Notes under the pieces: generated by a model | Seen by the model: only the letters and a program-made list of their open reading frames with translations | What the model was told of the DNA's origin: nothing | Databases searched by the model: none | Shown: positions 31,911 to 41,176 of the stretch, in pieces | Position numbering within the stretch: position 1 is the first letter of the stretch | Layout of the letters: the number at the start of each line of letters is the position of its first letter | Translations under genes and position numbers: made by a program | From: an uncultured Candidatus Binatia bacterium | GTDB lineage: Bacteria > Desulfobacterota > Binatia > UBA1149 | Direction of reading: 5' to 3' | Assembly: GCA_963579235.1 (NCBI GenBank) | Contig: CAUZFM010000002.1 | Coordinates: forward strand, 1-57,150 | Length of the DNA: 57,150 bases

Positions 31911-32193
31911 CCCCTATCTCCCTCCGTCAAAACATAAGCAGTACCCCTCCTGCGTTCTGCCTGGTGGCAGAAATGTCCGTAGTCATGACGAAAATTGATT
32001 AACATCTAACGCATATGCCTTGTCACCCACCCAAATGGGTATTTTTTTCAAAATTGATAATCTGCCCCCCCGTCCGAGGGGTAACGTGGCCTGTCCCCTC
32101 TAAAAAACATGCTCAAAGAGGAGTCCCTGGGATCGATCTGCTCATAAAACTGAAAGAACATGGCAAGTGCTGCGTGGCGCATGTGGGGGAAGT

Positions 32194-32350
32194 GGGGCAG
32201 AGGGGGGGGCAATGCCCCCCCTTCGGCGTTACTACTGGGAGCTGGCCGGTTCGACGCCGGATATCGCTCCGCAGGCAGACGCCAGGGGGCGTCCATCCCG
32301 CTGCATGAACGCCACCAGGTCTCGGGCGTCGATGTCGTTGAGCTTGAGGT
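32194..32350. repeat. Direct repeat copy B (hairpin G8-CAATG-C7 at 32202-32221 plus the SCO-cyt c 3' end)
   Basis: Aligns by eye with 32631-32787 at an offset of 437 bp. It also aligns with 27967-28095 of the intact gene at roughly 85-90% identity by eye. Confidence 0.8.
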
Positions 32351-32795
32351 TAGGCATGGCCAGGTGGTCGTACTTTTCGTATATTTCCATTGCCAGCGGG
32401 TCTTTTTTGGCCAGCACCTGGTCGGCCACCTTGACCCAGCGCTCCAGCCAGGCTCGGTCGCGTCGGCGTAGTTGCGTGCGACGCCGTCCGGCCAGCTTGT
32501 AGCCGATCAGGTTGGCCAGCGAAGGCACGTTGTAGTGTGCCATGCCCGCGAAACTAGTATGGCAACCCCCATCCGGGGGAATGCTGTAGTGCACATGGGG
32601 GAGAGAAACAGAGCGAAGGGGTGGCAAACCGGGGCAGAGGGGGGGGCAGTGCCCCCCCTTCGGCGTTACTGCAGGAAAGCTGGCCGGTTCGACGCCGGAT
32701 ATCGCTCTGCAGGCAGACGCCAGGGGGCGTCCATCGCGCTGCATGAACTCCACCAGGTCACGGACGTCGATGTCGTTGAGCTCGAGATCAGACAT
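32232..32795 (-). pseudogene. Two tandem decayed copies of the 3' end of the SCO-cytochrome c gene, still forming one open 187-codon frame and lacking the CxxCH haem site
   Basis: The translation contains ELNDIDVRDLVEFMQRDGRPLASA... and SLANLIGYKLAGRRRT..RDRAWLERWVKVADQVLAKKDPLAMEIYEKYDHLAMPNLKLNDIDARDLVAFMQRDGRPLASA. Compare the intact SSLANLIGYKLAGRRRT...RDRAWLERWLKVPDQMLAEKDPLAMELYEEFDQLAMPNLELNDIDVADLMEFMQRDGRPLASA at 27967-28400. Confidence 0.55.
32631..32787. repeat. Direct repeat copy C (hairpin G8-CAGTG-C7 at 32639-32658 plus the SCO-cyt c 3' end)
   Basis: Shares the block ggggcagaggggggggca(a/g)tgccccccc..ttcggcgttact and the following ccggatatcgctc.gcaggcagacgccagggggcgtccatc.cgctgcatgaac with copy B. 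Confidence 0.8.
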
Positions 32796-32891
32796 GGCCG
32801 CGTATTCTCAGGCCAGAGACGCCTCCAGTCAAAATGATTGCGCAGGTAAACCGCTGGCCCCAAGTCAGCAAACACACTAGATTCAGGCACA

Positions 32892-33992
32892 GTGAGAGAT
32901 AACGCTGACAATCTCGAACAGGCCTTCAGCCGCTGGATAAAAACCCAGCGCCAGGCCTTTGACATCATGCGCGGGGCCGCACCTACCGACCGTGAGGAAG
33001 ACCTCGTGGAAGGGCACCGCTGGATCACTCGCATCAGCCGGCTGGTGCTGGACTGGGTGGTCGAACGAGGCGACCCGCTGCGCCCGGTCCTGTTCCGCTG
33101 CCAGGACGAGCATAACAAGCTCATGGCTGACAACCCCGACGTCACCTACCATTTCTGTGTACTCGACCCCGGACGCACCTACCGGCTGCACGGTCGGCGC
33201 GGTGGTGCCAGCTACCTGGGGCTCACCTTCGGCAGCGACATATTCGGTGGTAACGACCGACTGGGCGGCACCACCGCCCAGTACGATCTCGACTCTTTTG
33301 ACCTGCCGGCCGACGGCGACTTCGAGGTCACCCTGGGCGGGCCGGCGACTGCCGGTAACCACGTGGAACTACCCCCCGACACGGCCCACCTGGCCATACG
33401 CGAGACTTTTCACGATCGTGGCACCCAGCAACCCGCGTCGATGGCCGTGGACCTGCTCGACCCGGTCGGCCCACCCAGGCTGGACGCCGACTCGTTTGCA
33501 CGCTCGCTCGACCGGGCAGGAAATTTCATGTTGACCATAGTCAACATGTGCCTGCAGACCTACGAAATGACCGGCCTGCTGGTCAACCAGATGGCGGGCG
33601 CGTCGGGAAAGTCGCACGCCGAGAAAGACCAGGGCGAAATAAGCGGTCACTCGAACGCCGAAATGCACTACGTCGGGGGCCGGTTCAGGCTCGAGCCAGG
33701 CAAGGCGCTCGAAATACGCATCCCGCCGGTAAAAAGCCCGTTCACCTACTGGGGTCTTACCCTGCTCAGCCCCTGGCTCGAAAGCTACGACTACCGTTAC
33801 CGAACGGTCTCCATGAACGACAGGCAGGCCAGCCGCGACCCGGACGGGGGATGGACGATGGTGCTGGCCGACACTGACCCCGGGCGCCCCAACTGGCTCG
33901 ATGCCGGCGGCCGGAGCGAAGGTATGATGCTGCTGCGTTGGGTAAAGGTCACCGACCCCCCGCTACCGGAATGTCACCTCGTGGACCTCTGA
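32892..33992 (+). CDS. Hypothetical protein, possibly DUF1214-like
   Basis: 366 aa from a GTG start. Codon usage looks coding and there is no TM helix. The C-terminal pattern (YWGLTLLSPW..., NWLDAGGRSEGMMLLRW) recalls DUF1214 proteins, from memory only. Confidence 0.45.
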   Translation: MRDNADNLEQAFSRWIKTQRQAFDIMRGAAPTDREEDLVEGHRWITRISRLVLDWVVERGDPLRPVLFRCQDEHNKLMADNPDVTYHFCVLDPGRTYRLHGRRGGASYLGLTFGSDIFGGNDRLGGTTAQYDLDSFDLPADGDFEVTLGGPATAGNHVELPPDTAHLAIRETFHDRGTQQPASMAVDLLDPVGPPRLDADSFARSLDRAGNFMLTIVNMCLQTYEMTGLLVNQMAGASGKSHAEKDQGEISGHSNAEMHYVGGRFRLEPGKALEIRIPPVKSPFTYWGLTLLSPWLESYDYRYRTVSMNDRQASRDPDGGWTMVLADTDPGRPNWLDAGGRSEGMMLLRWVKVTDPPLPECHLVDL

Positions 33993-34008
33993 CGCGATTA
34001 CGTCCGTT

Positions 34009-35196
34009 TCAGATCCTGACAACCACCGAGGATCCGTGGCCGAACAGGCCCTGGTTGGCGCTCACGCCCACGCGCGCGCCCTCCACCTGGCGGCCATCGG
34101 CCTGCCCGCGCAACTGCCAGGTCAGCTCGCAGACCTGGGCTATGGCCTGGGCCGGCACGGCCTCGCCAAAGCAGGCCAGGCCACCGCTGGGGTTAACCGG
34201 CACGCGGCCGCCCAGCGTCGTGTCGCCATCGTTGAGCAGGCGCTCGGCCTCGCCGGGCGCGCACAGTCCCAGGTTTTCGTACCAGTCGAGCTCAAGCGCC
34301 GTCGACAGATCGTAGACCTCGGCGGTGTCGACCTCGTCGGGGCCGATGCCCGCGTCCTCGTATGCCGCCGCCGCTATAGAATCGCGAAAGCTGCGCCCGG
34401 GCAGGGCCACGCCGTGCGCCGAATCGGTGGAAAAGTTGGGCATCTCGATCACCGTGTTCGGATAGGTGGGCGTTATCGTAGCCACTCCCGCTACGCGCAC
34501 GGGATCGGTGGTCATGCGGCGGGCGTAATCCATGCTGGTGAGCACCATGGCGGCGCCACCGTCGCTGGTGGCACAGATCTCGAGCAGGTGCAGCGGCTCG
34601 CTCACCAGCGGTGAGGACAGCACCTCCTCTTCGGTGACCTCCTTGCGGTAGCGGGCGCGCGGGTTCTCGAGCCCGTGGCGCGAGTTCTTCACCTTCACCT
34701 TGGCAAAATCAGCCGAGGTGGATCCGTACAGGTCCATGCGGCGGCGGGCGTAGAACGCAAAGTAGGTGGGATTGGTAGCGCCCAGCAGGCGAAAGCGCAG
34801 CCAGTCGGGGTCGTCGCCGCGCTCACCCCTGTTGGGCGCGAGAAATCCCTTGGGCGTGGTGTCGGCGCCGATTACCAGGGCCACTTCGCACTTGCCCGAC
34901 AGTATCTGCGCGCGGGCCAGGTCTATGGCCTGGGCACCGCTGGCGCAGGCGCCGTAGCAGCTCGCCGCCTGGTTGCCGGTAAAACCCAGCGCCTGGGCAA
35001 AGGTGGCCCCGGCCACGTAGCCCGGGTAGCCGTTGCGCACGGTATCGGCACCGGCCACGAACTGGATATCGCTCCACTGCAAGCCGGCGTCGGCCAGCGC
35101 GTCGCGGGCAGCCACCTTGCCGTACTCAACAAAGTTGCGCCCCCACTTTCCCCAGGGGTGCATGCCGACGCCAAGCACGGCCACGTCGCGCGACAT
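34009..35196 (-). CDS. Thiolase-fold lipid-transfer protein (Ltp/SCP-x type)
   Basis: Trimmed to ATG 35196 (MSRDVAVLGVGMHPWGKW). Contains CYGACASGAQA and PVNPSGGLACFGEAVPAQ. Its start overlaps the DUF35 stop (TGATG). Confidence 0.8.
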   Translation of the reverse strand: MSRDVAVLGVGMHPWGKWGRNFVEYGKVAARDALADAGLQWSDIQFVAGADTVRNGYPGYVAGATFAQALGFTGNQAASCYGACASGAQAIDLARAQILSGKCEVALVIGADTTPKGFLAPNRGERGDDPDWLRFRLLGATNPTYFAFYARRRMDLYGSTSADFAKVKVKNSRHGLENPRARYRKEVTEEEVLSSPLVSEPLHLLEICATSDGGAAMVLTSMDYARRMTTDPVRVAGVATITPTYPNTVIEMPNFSTDSAHGVALPGRSFRDSIAAAAYEDAGIGPDEVDTAEVYDLSTALELDWYENLGLCAPGEAERLLNDGDTTLGGRVPVNPSGGLACFGEAVPAQAIAQVCELTWQLRGQADGRQVEGARVGVSANQGLFGHGSSVVVRI

Positions 35197-35639
35197 CAGC
35201 CCTTCCCTCCGGTGGCCGGCTGCCACTTCCAGACCAGGTACTCGTTGTCGTCGTCCTCGTAGAGAGTGCCCAGCACCAGCTCTACGGGGTCGCCGACCTT
35301 CACTGTCTCGGGGGCAACACCGTCGGCGAGCTGGCCCAGGATGACCATCTTTTCTTCCTCGAGCTCGACGGCCAGCACTGTGTATGGCTCAAACGGTTCG
35401 GGCGACATGTAGGGCTCGGGCGGCTGGTAGTGGTTGGTGGCCAGCGACCACACCCGCCCCCTGCGGCTGAGCTCGACCGGCTCGCGCTCCTCAAACGGGT
35501 GGGCGGGGTTTGCCGAAGTGGCCATGGATGGCGGGAAAAAATAGCTGCCGCTGTCTACCCCGCGCGTGCCCAGCAGGCGCGGTTCGTCGGCGTCCATCGT
35601 AAACCAGCCCTCGGCTGCGGGTACCCTGTTCTTGCTCAT
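35196..35639 (-). CDS. Stand-alone DUF35 OB-fold protein (zinc-ribbon cysteines absent)
   Basis: 147 aa, trimmed from ORF 35196..36026 to ATG 35639 (MSKNRVPAAEGWFTMD). OB-fold pattern is PYTVLAVELEEEKMVILGQL...VKVGDPVELV. No CxxC pairs are present. Confidence 0.7.
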   Translation of the reverse strand: MSKNRVPAAEGWFTMDADEPRLLGTRGVDSGSYFFPPSMATSANPAHPFEEREPVELSRRGRVWSLATNHYQPPEPYMSPEPFEPYTVLAVELEEEKMVILGQLADGVAPETVKVGDPVELVLGTLYEDDDNEYLVWKWQPATGGKG

Positions 35640-35825
35640 CGTCTTTGTTCCCCTGTCCGCGGCGCTCTTCCTGGAGGCCCGCAACGCTCTCCAAGCTCGA
35701 CAATTCGCAGTATAGAGGCCCGGCGGCGGCCACTCAAAAGGCAGCCTGCTGCCTTTAGGGATGCGTCTGCCAATTCGGGAGGGGAAGCGCTGGCGGCCGT
35801 CAGGTTGCGGGGCTATTCTGGGCGC

Positions 35826-36989
35826 ATGTCGAAGACACCCGAGCCCCACCCACCCCTGAACTGGCCCGCCATACTGTTCATAGGCACGACCACGATAGCC
35901 GCCTTGCTGTGGCCACTCTACGCGTGGTTCTTCGGCGTCACCTGGGCCGAGGTCGCGCTGGCGCTGGGCATGTACATCGCGAGCGCCATGGCGATTACCG
36001 TGGGCTACCACCGACTGGTGGCGCACCGCACCTTCGAATGCCGGCCCTGGTTCAAGGTGGCACTGCTCGTAGCCGGCTCGGCCGCGTGGCAGGGATCAGC
36101 TCTCGACTGGACCTCCGACCACCTGCACCACCACGCCCACACCGACCAGGATCGCGACCCCTACAACATAGGCCGCGGCTTCTGGTACGCACACGTCGGC
36201 TGGTTATTCACCAACCAGGGCATGACCGGGGAGCTGCCCACCCACCTGGCCGAAGACCGCATGCTGGCCTGGCAGGATCGTTGGTACATACCGCTGGCCA
36301 TCACTACCGGCTTCGTACTGCCCTGGGCCATCTGTGGTGTGGGAGGCCTGCTGCTGGCTGGTGTGGTGCGGCTGGTAGCCGTGCACCACGGCACCTGGTT
36401 CGTAAACTCCTGGGCTCACCTCGGACGCCGCCGCCCGTGGAACCCGGCTGTTTCGGCCGCCGACAGCTGGCTGGTGGCGCTGGTCACCTTTGGCGAAGGC
36501 TGGCACAACTACCACCACGCCTTCCCCGGCGACTACCGCGCGGGAGTTGAACGGACACAGTTCGACCCGAGCAAGTGGCTGATCTGGTCGTTGTCGAAAC
36601 TGGGCGTTGCCTGGAACCTGCAGCGCGTGGGCTTCAGCACCCGCTGGCGACGCAGCGTGCACTCCCTGCTGAGCTGGGAAGGCGATAACTCGGAGAAACT
36701 CGCTCGCGTACGCGAGCTGCAATTGCGTTTGCACCGGCAGATGGTGCGCAGCCGGGCGCGGGCACTCAAGACCCTCGGCCGAGTGAGCGAGTTGCCGCTG
36801 CCCGCGAGCCTGAGCGCGGCCGCCATCACCCTCGCGGTAGAAACCCGCGGCCGCGAGCTGCGCGACAAGCTCGGCCGGCGGGCCCGCCGGCGCATGGATA
36901 GTCTGGCTCGTTTGTCAGGGCGGCTGGCAACGCTCGAGTCACTGTCGGATATGCTCGCCGACTGGCAGCCCGCCCCGGTAGCCGCCTGA
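35826..36989 (+). CDS. Membrane acyl-CoA/acyl-lipid desaturase (delta-9 type histidine boxes) with a roughly 110-aa helical C-terminal extension
   Basis: Trimmed to ATG 35826. The histidine boxes are HRLVAH, HLHHHAHTD and HNYHHAF. Confidence 0.8.
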   Translation: MSKTPEPHPPLNWPAILFIGTTTIAALLWPLYAWFFGVTWAEVALALGMYIASAMAITVGYHRLVAHRTFECRPWFKVALLVAGSAAWQGSALDWTSDHLHHHAHTDQDRDPYNIGRGFWYAHVGWLFTNQGMTGELPTHLAEDRMLAWQDRWYIPLAITTGFVLPWAICGVGGLLLAGVVRLVAVHHGTWFVNSWAHLGRRRPWNPAVSAADSWLVALVTFGEGWHNYHHAFPGDYRAGVERTQFDPSKWLIWSLSKLGVAWNLQRVGFSTRWRRSVHSLLSWEGDNSEKLARVRELQLRLHRQMVRSRARALKTLGRVSELPLPASLSAAAITLAVETRGRELRDKLGRRARRRMDSLARLSGRLATLESLSDMLADWQPAPVAA

Positions 36990-37033
36990 GCTCGCTCGTC
37001 TCGGACAAGCTCGGCTTTGAAATCCGCGCGCGG

Positions 37034-37735
37034 TCAGCCGCCCAGCGCGGCCTTGAGTTCCTGGGCAGCGGCACCACCGCTGCTGTCGCGCAGCACCACC
37101 GGGCCGAGCTTGCTGCGGCCGGCCAGCGCCGCCACCGCCATCACGACGTTGCTTAACACCAGCGGCCAGAACACCAAGGTACAAAGCAGGGCCACCGTAG
37201 ACATCCCCGCCGCTGCCGCCTCGCAACCGACCAGCCAGGCCCCCAGGGGCGAACCAACCGTACCCGACAGGTGCAGCAGCACGCGCGCGGCCGGCGCAGC
37301 GGCGAGGTAGCTGCCGTAGCGCATCTTGAAACGCGGTTCCAGGCCCATGAGAAACGCGTAAGAGTAACGCACGCCCAGCAGCAGGCCCGTGCCGACTTTT
37401 ACAAGGGGCTGCAGGGATCCGATCAGTACCGCCGCCGCGATCACCACGGCGACAGCCGAGGACTGCTCCAGCCCCCAGCGGCACAACCCCACCGCCACCG
37501 CCGTCGCCAGCAGCTCGCCGGCCAGCGCCAAAGCCACCGGCAGCTTGCGCCTCGGGCTGCGACCGTGCAGCTTGTCGCTAACGCGGCTCACATCTTCGGC
37601 AAGCTCACGACGCTCGGCGGCCGGGAGTCGCCTGGCCCCACGCAGGAACGCCGCCCACGGCCCCGGCTTGTACTCGCCGGTGTCGAGCGCGGTCTCTATC
37701 GCTGCAAGTTCAGTTTGTGCCGTGGCTGCGTCCAT
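37034..37735 (-). CDS. Hypothetical membrane protein
   Basis: Trimmed to ATG 37735 (MDAATAQTEL). It has several hydrophobic helices, overlaps the symporter 3' end by 26 nt, and matches no family I recognise. Confidence 0.4.
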   Translation of the reverse strand: MDAATAQTELAAIETALDTGEYKPGPWAAFLRGARRLPAAERRELAEDVSRVSDKLHGRSPRRKLPVALALAGELLATAVAVGLCRWGLEQSSAVAVVIAAAVLIGSLQPLVKVGTGLLLGVRYSYAFLMGLEPRFKMRYGSYLAAAPAARVLLHLSGTVGSPLGAWLVGCEAAAAGMSTVALLCTLVFWPLVLSNVVMAVAALAGRSKLGPVVLRDSSGGAAAQELKAALGG

Positions 37736-39251
37736 CTTCGTACCCCCTGCTCGCCGTCCATTCTCGCTCCTGCACGCCCGGCCGTGCAAACGACCAGGCG
37801 ACCGCCACCGCCAGGTTGAACAGCAGGCCGATCAGTCCGTGGTGCACGCCCCAGGCATCAACCGTGGCGTTGCCGTAAAGGCCGAAGGTGAGCGCCAGCC
37901 CGGCCAGCATGCCGGCGAGCACCGCGTTGCCACCCAACCGGCTCCAGTGCATTCCCAGCATGAAAGCCGGCACCAGCTGCACCAGCATGTCGAACTTCAT
38001 GTCGAGCAACCTCACCAGCGTGGGCCGCCCCGGCTGTCCTTCCATCCAGATGGCCGTGCCCGCCGCCGCTGCCACCATGGCCCAGGACACCAGCTTGCCC
38101 ACGCGGGTGAGGTGAGCCTGGCCAGCGTCAGGGCGCAGGAAGCCCTGGTAGAGGTCGCGCGTTATCATCGACGAGATTGTCAACAGGCAGGAGTCGGCCG
38201 TTGACATCAGCGCCCCCAGAACGGCGGCAAACAACAGCACCACCAGCCAGTAGCCAAAGGCCGACGACGCCTGCACCTGGTGAAAGACCACGCTGAGCAC
38301 GCGGTCGGCTGCGGCGCCCTCCAGGCCTGGCACGTGCGCAGCCGCGGTCACGCCAACGGTCACCGCCACCAACGAACTCAGCAGGGGCAGAAAAACCATC
38401 ACCGCCAGGCTGCGCCTGAGCACGGCACCCGAGCGAGCAGCGTAGATGCGCTGTATGGCCTGGGGATAGAGCGCCGCGCCGAGGCCGAAAATAATGACGT
38501 AGCTCACCCAGTTGCGAGACGCACGGGCGTCCGGCGGCAGTACACGCGCGCGCAACTGCTCGCCGCCGTCCATCAACGCGCGCGTGGTATCGCCGGGCCA
38601 GCCCCACATGCTGAACACCATCACCAGCAGCGCACCAAAACCGATGGCCAGCGCTATGCCCTGTATGACGTCGGTCCAGGCCACCGCCCTGAAGCCACCC
38701 ATGGTCTCGTACACCAGCATGATACCGGCCAGCAACACGACGCCCCAGGCAAAGGCCACCACCGGGTCGGCGGTGGTAAGCCCCTGCATCGCTCGTCCCA
38801 TGGCCACCAGCTGGGCCAGCAGGTAGTTGGCCAACGCCAGGGTCATGACCAGCGGCGCGAGCAGGTCGATACCACGATTGCCGTAGCGGTGGCGAAGAAA
38901 ATCGGCCGGGGTAATAAACTGATGGCGCTGGGCCAGTCGGTGCAACCACGGGGCAAACAACAGGTAGCCCACGATGATGGCGGTCATGAAATGAACCGAA
39001 CTCAACCAGGTCCAGCCAATGCGGTAGGCCTTGCCCGTGAAGCCGAACATGGTGTTGCCGCTGTACTGGGTGGCGTAAAGCGTGAGCACGAGCACGGTGA
39101 AACCGATGCTGCCGCCGCCCAGGTAGAAATCGCGCAGCGAATCCTCGCGACGCGCGCGGTGCCCGAGCCAGCCCACGACCAGCAGTGAGGCCAGGTAGAG
39201 ACCCACGACCGCCAGCCCGCCCGGACCGAAAGGCAGCACCGTGCCGGTCAC
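37710..39251 (-). CDS. Sodium:solute symporter family (SSF) transporter
   Basis: 513 aa, about 13 TM helices, with the SSF N-terminal pattern (DFYLGGGSIGFTVLVLTLYATQYSGNTMFGFTG). Confidence 0.85.
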   Translation of the reverse strand: MTGTVLPFGPGGLAVVGLYLASLLVVGWLGHRARREDSLRDFYLGGGSIGFTVLVLTLYATQYSGNTMFGFTGKAYRIGWTWLSSVHFMTAIIVGYLLFAPWLHRLAQRHQFITPADFLRHRYGNRGIDLLAPLVMTLALANYLLAQLVAMGRAMQGLTTADPVVAFAWGVVLLAGIMLVYETMGGFRAVAWTDVIQGIALAIGFGALLVMVFSMWGWPGDTTRALMDGGEQLRARVLPPDARASRNWVSYVIIFGLGAALYPQAIQRIYAARSGAVLRRSLAVMVFLPLLSSLVAVTVGVTAAAHVPGLEGAAADRVLSVVFHQVQASSAFGYWLVVLLFAAVLGALMSTADSCLLTISSMITRDLYQGFLRPDAGQAHLTRVGKLVSWAMVAAAAGTAIWMEGQPGRPTLVRLLDMKFDMLVQLVPAFMLGMHWSRLGGNAVLAGMLAGLALTFGLYGNATVDAWGVHHGLIGLLFNLAVAVAWSFARPGVQEREWTASRGYEDGRSHGTN

Positions 39252-39538
39252 AGCTGCTCTCCGGTAGACTCGTCGGTGTTATCGCCCGGGTCGCAGAAAG
39301 GATCGTCGGGTAGTGGCCAGTGGGAGAGCAACAGCCAGGCGGTGTAAATCGAGATGACCAGCGAAACGAAGACGCTCGTGACCACCCAGGCCGGCATGCC
39401 CAGCAGCAGCAGCGTACTGTCGGCCGGCCAGTACCAGGGCACGGCAAGCACCAGCAGGGCGGCGTAGACCAGCCAGGTACGGATCTGCAGGTAACGCGAT
39501 CCCCGGCTGTTCACATGATCGCGGCCTCGCATGGTCAA
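39248..39538 (-). CDS. Small membrane protein (DUF3311-like SSF companion)
   Basis: 96 aa with 2 TM helices. It has a 4-nt overlap with the symporter start, the typical arrangement for DUF3311 plus SSF pairs. Confidence 0.5.
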   Translation of the reverse strand: MTMRGRDHVNSRGSRYLQIRTWLVYAALLVLAVPWYWPADSTLLLLGMPAWVVTSVFVSLVISIYTAWLLLSHWPLPDDPFCDPGDNTDESTGEQL

Positions 39539-39548
39539 CAGGCTCGGT

Positions 39549-41159
39549 TCACCGGAGGCCCGCGATGCGCTCGCGCAACTTGTACTTTACTACCTTGCCC
39601 GAAGCGTTCATCGGCAGCTCGTCCACCAGCTCGACCCTGCGCGGCACCTTGTAGTTGGCCATATTCTCGCGACACCAGGCCACCACCCCTTCGGCCGCCA
39701 GGTCTGAGCCCTCAGCCAACACCACGAAGGCCACGCCGACCTCGCCCATGCGCTCGTCGGGCACCCCTACCACCGCCACCTGGGCGAGGTCAGCGTTGGT
39801 CGCCATCAGGTTCTCGATCTCGGCCGGGTAGCAGTTGAAGCCGCCCATGATGAACATGTCTTTCATGCGATCGGTTATCTTCAGGTAGCCACGCTCGTCC
39901 ATCACGCCCACGTCGCCGGTGTGAAGCCAGCCGTTGGCTATCGTTTCGTCAGTGGCCGCCGGGTCGTCGAAGTAACCGCGCATGACGTTGTAACCGCGAA
40001 CCACGACCTCTCCCGGCTCACCGCGCGGCAGCTCGTCGCCCATGCGGCCCACGCACATGACATCGACACCGGGTATGGCGCGCCCCGAGGTGGTGGCTAT
40101 GGTTTCGGGATCGTCGTCGAAGCGGCACATGGTGACGATGCCGCAGGTCTCGGTAAGGCCGTAGCCGGTAATGACCGTGTCGAAGCCCAGCTCGTCGCGC
40201 ATGCGTTCAACCAGCTCCACCGGTATGACGGCCGCGCCGGTAACCGCCAGGCGCAGGCTGGACAGATCGTGTTGCGCAAGTCCGGGATGGGACAGCAGAC
40301 CCTGGTACAGCGTCGGCGGACCGGGCAGCATGCTGACCCTGTCGCGTTCTATCCGCTCCAACACCCGGTCGACGTCAAACACCGCCTCGGGCAGCACTGT
40401 GGCCCCGCGCATGAACGACGCCAGCCAACCGGCCTTGTAGCCGAAGCTGTGAAAAAACGGGTTCACCACGAGATAGCGGTCGCCCTCGCGCAGACCGACT
40501 ACCTCCGACCAGCTTTCGAAAGCGGCCAGGTTCTGCCCGTGCGCCGTCATCACGCCCTTGGGTTTGCCCGTAGTGCCCGAGGTGAACAGCAGGTCGGAGA
40601 GATCGTCTTCGTCCAACTCGGCCAACCGGGCGGCTGCCGCCGCTTCGTCTACTTCCTGCGCTCCCTCGAGAAACTGCTCCCAGGTATCGGCCTCCTTGCC
40701 CGCCTGGCCACCAAGCAGAACTATGCGTTCAAGGTCCGGCAGTCCCGCCACCGGCCGCCCATCGTTGCCAGCCCCGAGCGTGTCGGTGAGCAGGCCGGGA
40801 TAGTCCGTACCGAGGAAGCCGCTTACCGTCAGGAGCACGCGCGCGCCGCTCTTGTCCAGGATGTAACCGGCCTCGGCGCCCTTGAGACGGGTGTTGAGCG
40901 TGACCAGCACCGCGCCGGCGGCCTGCAGGCCAAGGGCGGCGGCTATCCAGCGATAACTGTTGGGCGCCCACAGCGCCACGCGATCGCCCTTACCCACGCC
41001 CGCTGCAATGAAGGCGCGCGACGCCAGCGTCATGTCCTCGGCCAGTTGCCGGTAGGCTATCAAATCACCGGTCGCGTTATCCTCAACGGCCACGAGGTCG
41101 CCCCAGCGACGGGCCGCAGCCAGCACGAGATGCGGAATGGTCTGGCGTTCGAGATCCAA
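39549..41159 (-). CDS. AMP-dependent acyl-CoA synthetase/ligase
   Basis: 536 aa with LLFTSGTTGKPKGV, GYGLTE, TGDVGVMDERGYLKITDR and SGKVVKYKLR. Confidence 0.85.
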   Translation of the reverse strand: MDLERQTIPHLVLAAARRWGDLVAVEDNATGDLIAYRQLAEDMTLASRAFIAAGVGKGDRVALWAPNSYRWIAAALGLQAAGAVLVTLNTRLKGAEAGYILDKSGARVLLTVSGFLGTDYPGLLTDTLGAGNDGRPVAGLPDLERIVLLGGQAGKEADTWEQFLEGAQEVDEAAAAARLAELDEDDLSDLLFTSGTTGKPKGVMTAHGQNLAAFESWSEVVGLREGDRYLVVNPFFHSFGYKAGWLASFMRGATVLPEAVFDVDRVLERIERDRVSMLPGPPTLYQGLLSHPGLAQHDLSSLRLAVTGAAVIPVELVERMRDELGFDTVITGYGLTETCGIVTMCRFDDDPETIATTSGRAIPGVDVMCVGRMGDELPRGEPGEVVVRGYNVMRGYFDDPAATDETIANGWLHTGDVGVMDERGYLKITDRMKDMFIMGGFNCYPAEIENLMATNADLAQVAVVGVPDERMGEVGVAFVVLAEGSDLAAEGVVAWCRENMANYKVPRRVELVDELPMNASGKVVKYKLRERIAGLR

Positions 41160-41176
41160 GTCGCCCGCTCGCCGGC

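Noticed and set aside
31996-32026. Sigma70-like GTGACA-N18-TTAATC on the minus strand upstream of the MCO gene, in the AT-richer 31.95-32.16 kb stretch
   Set aside because: Both hexamers are mediocre and the spacing is long. The region is probably the MCO promoter area, but no specific element can be supported by eye.
32247-32262. tRNA T-arm-like CCGGTTCGACGCCGG (also at 32684-32699)
   Set aside because: There is no acceptor stem, D-arm or anticodon arm context. The sequence is part of the SCO-cyt c gene-remnant repeat, and the homologous position in the intact gene is coding.
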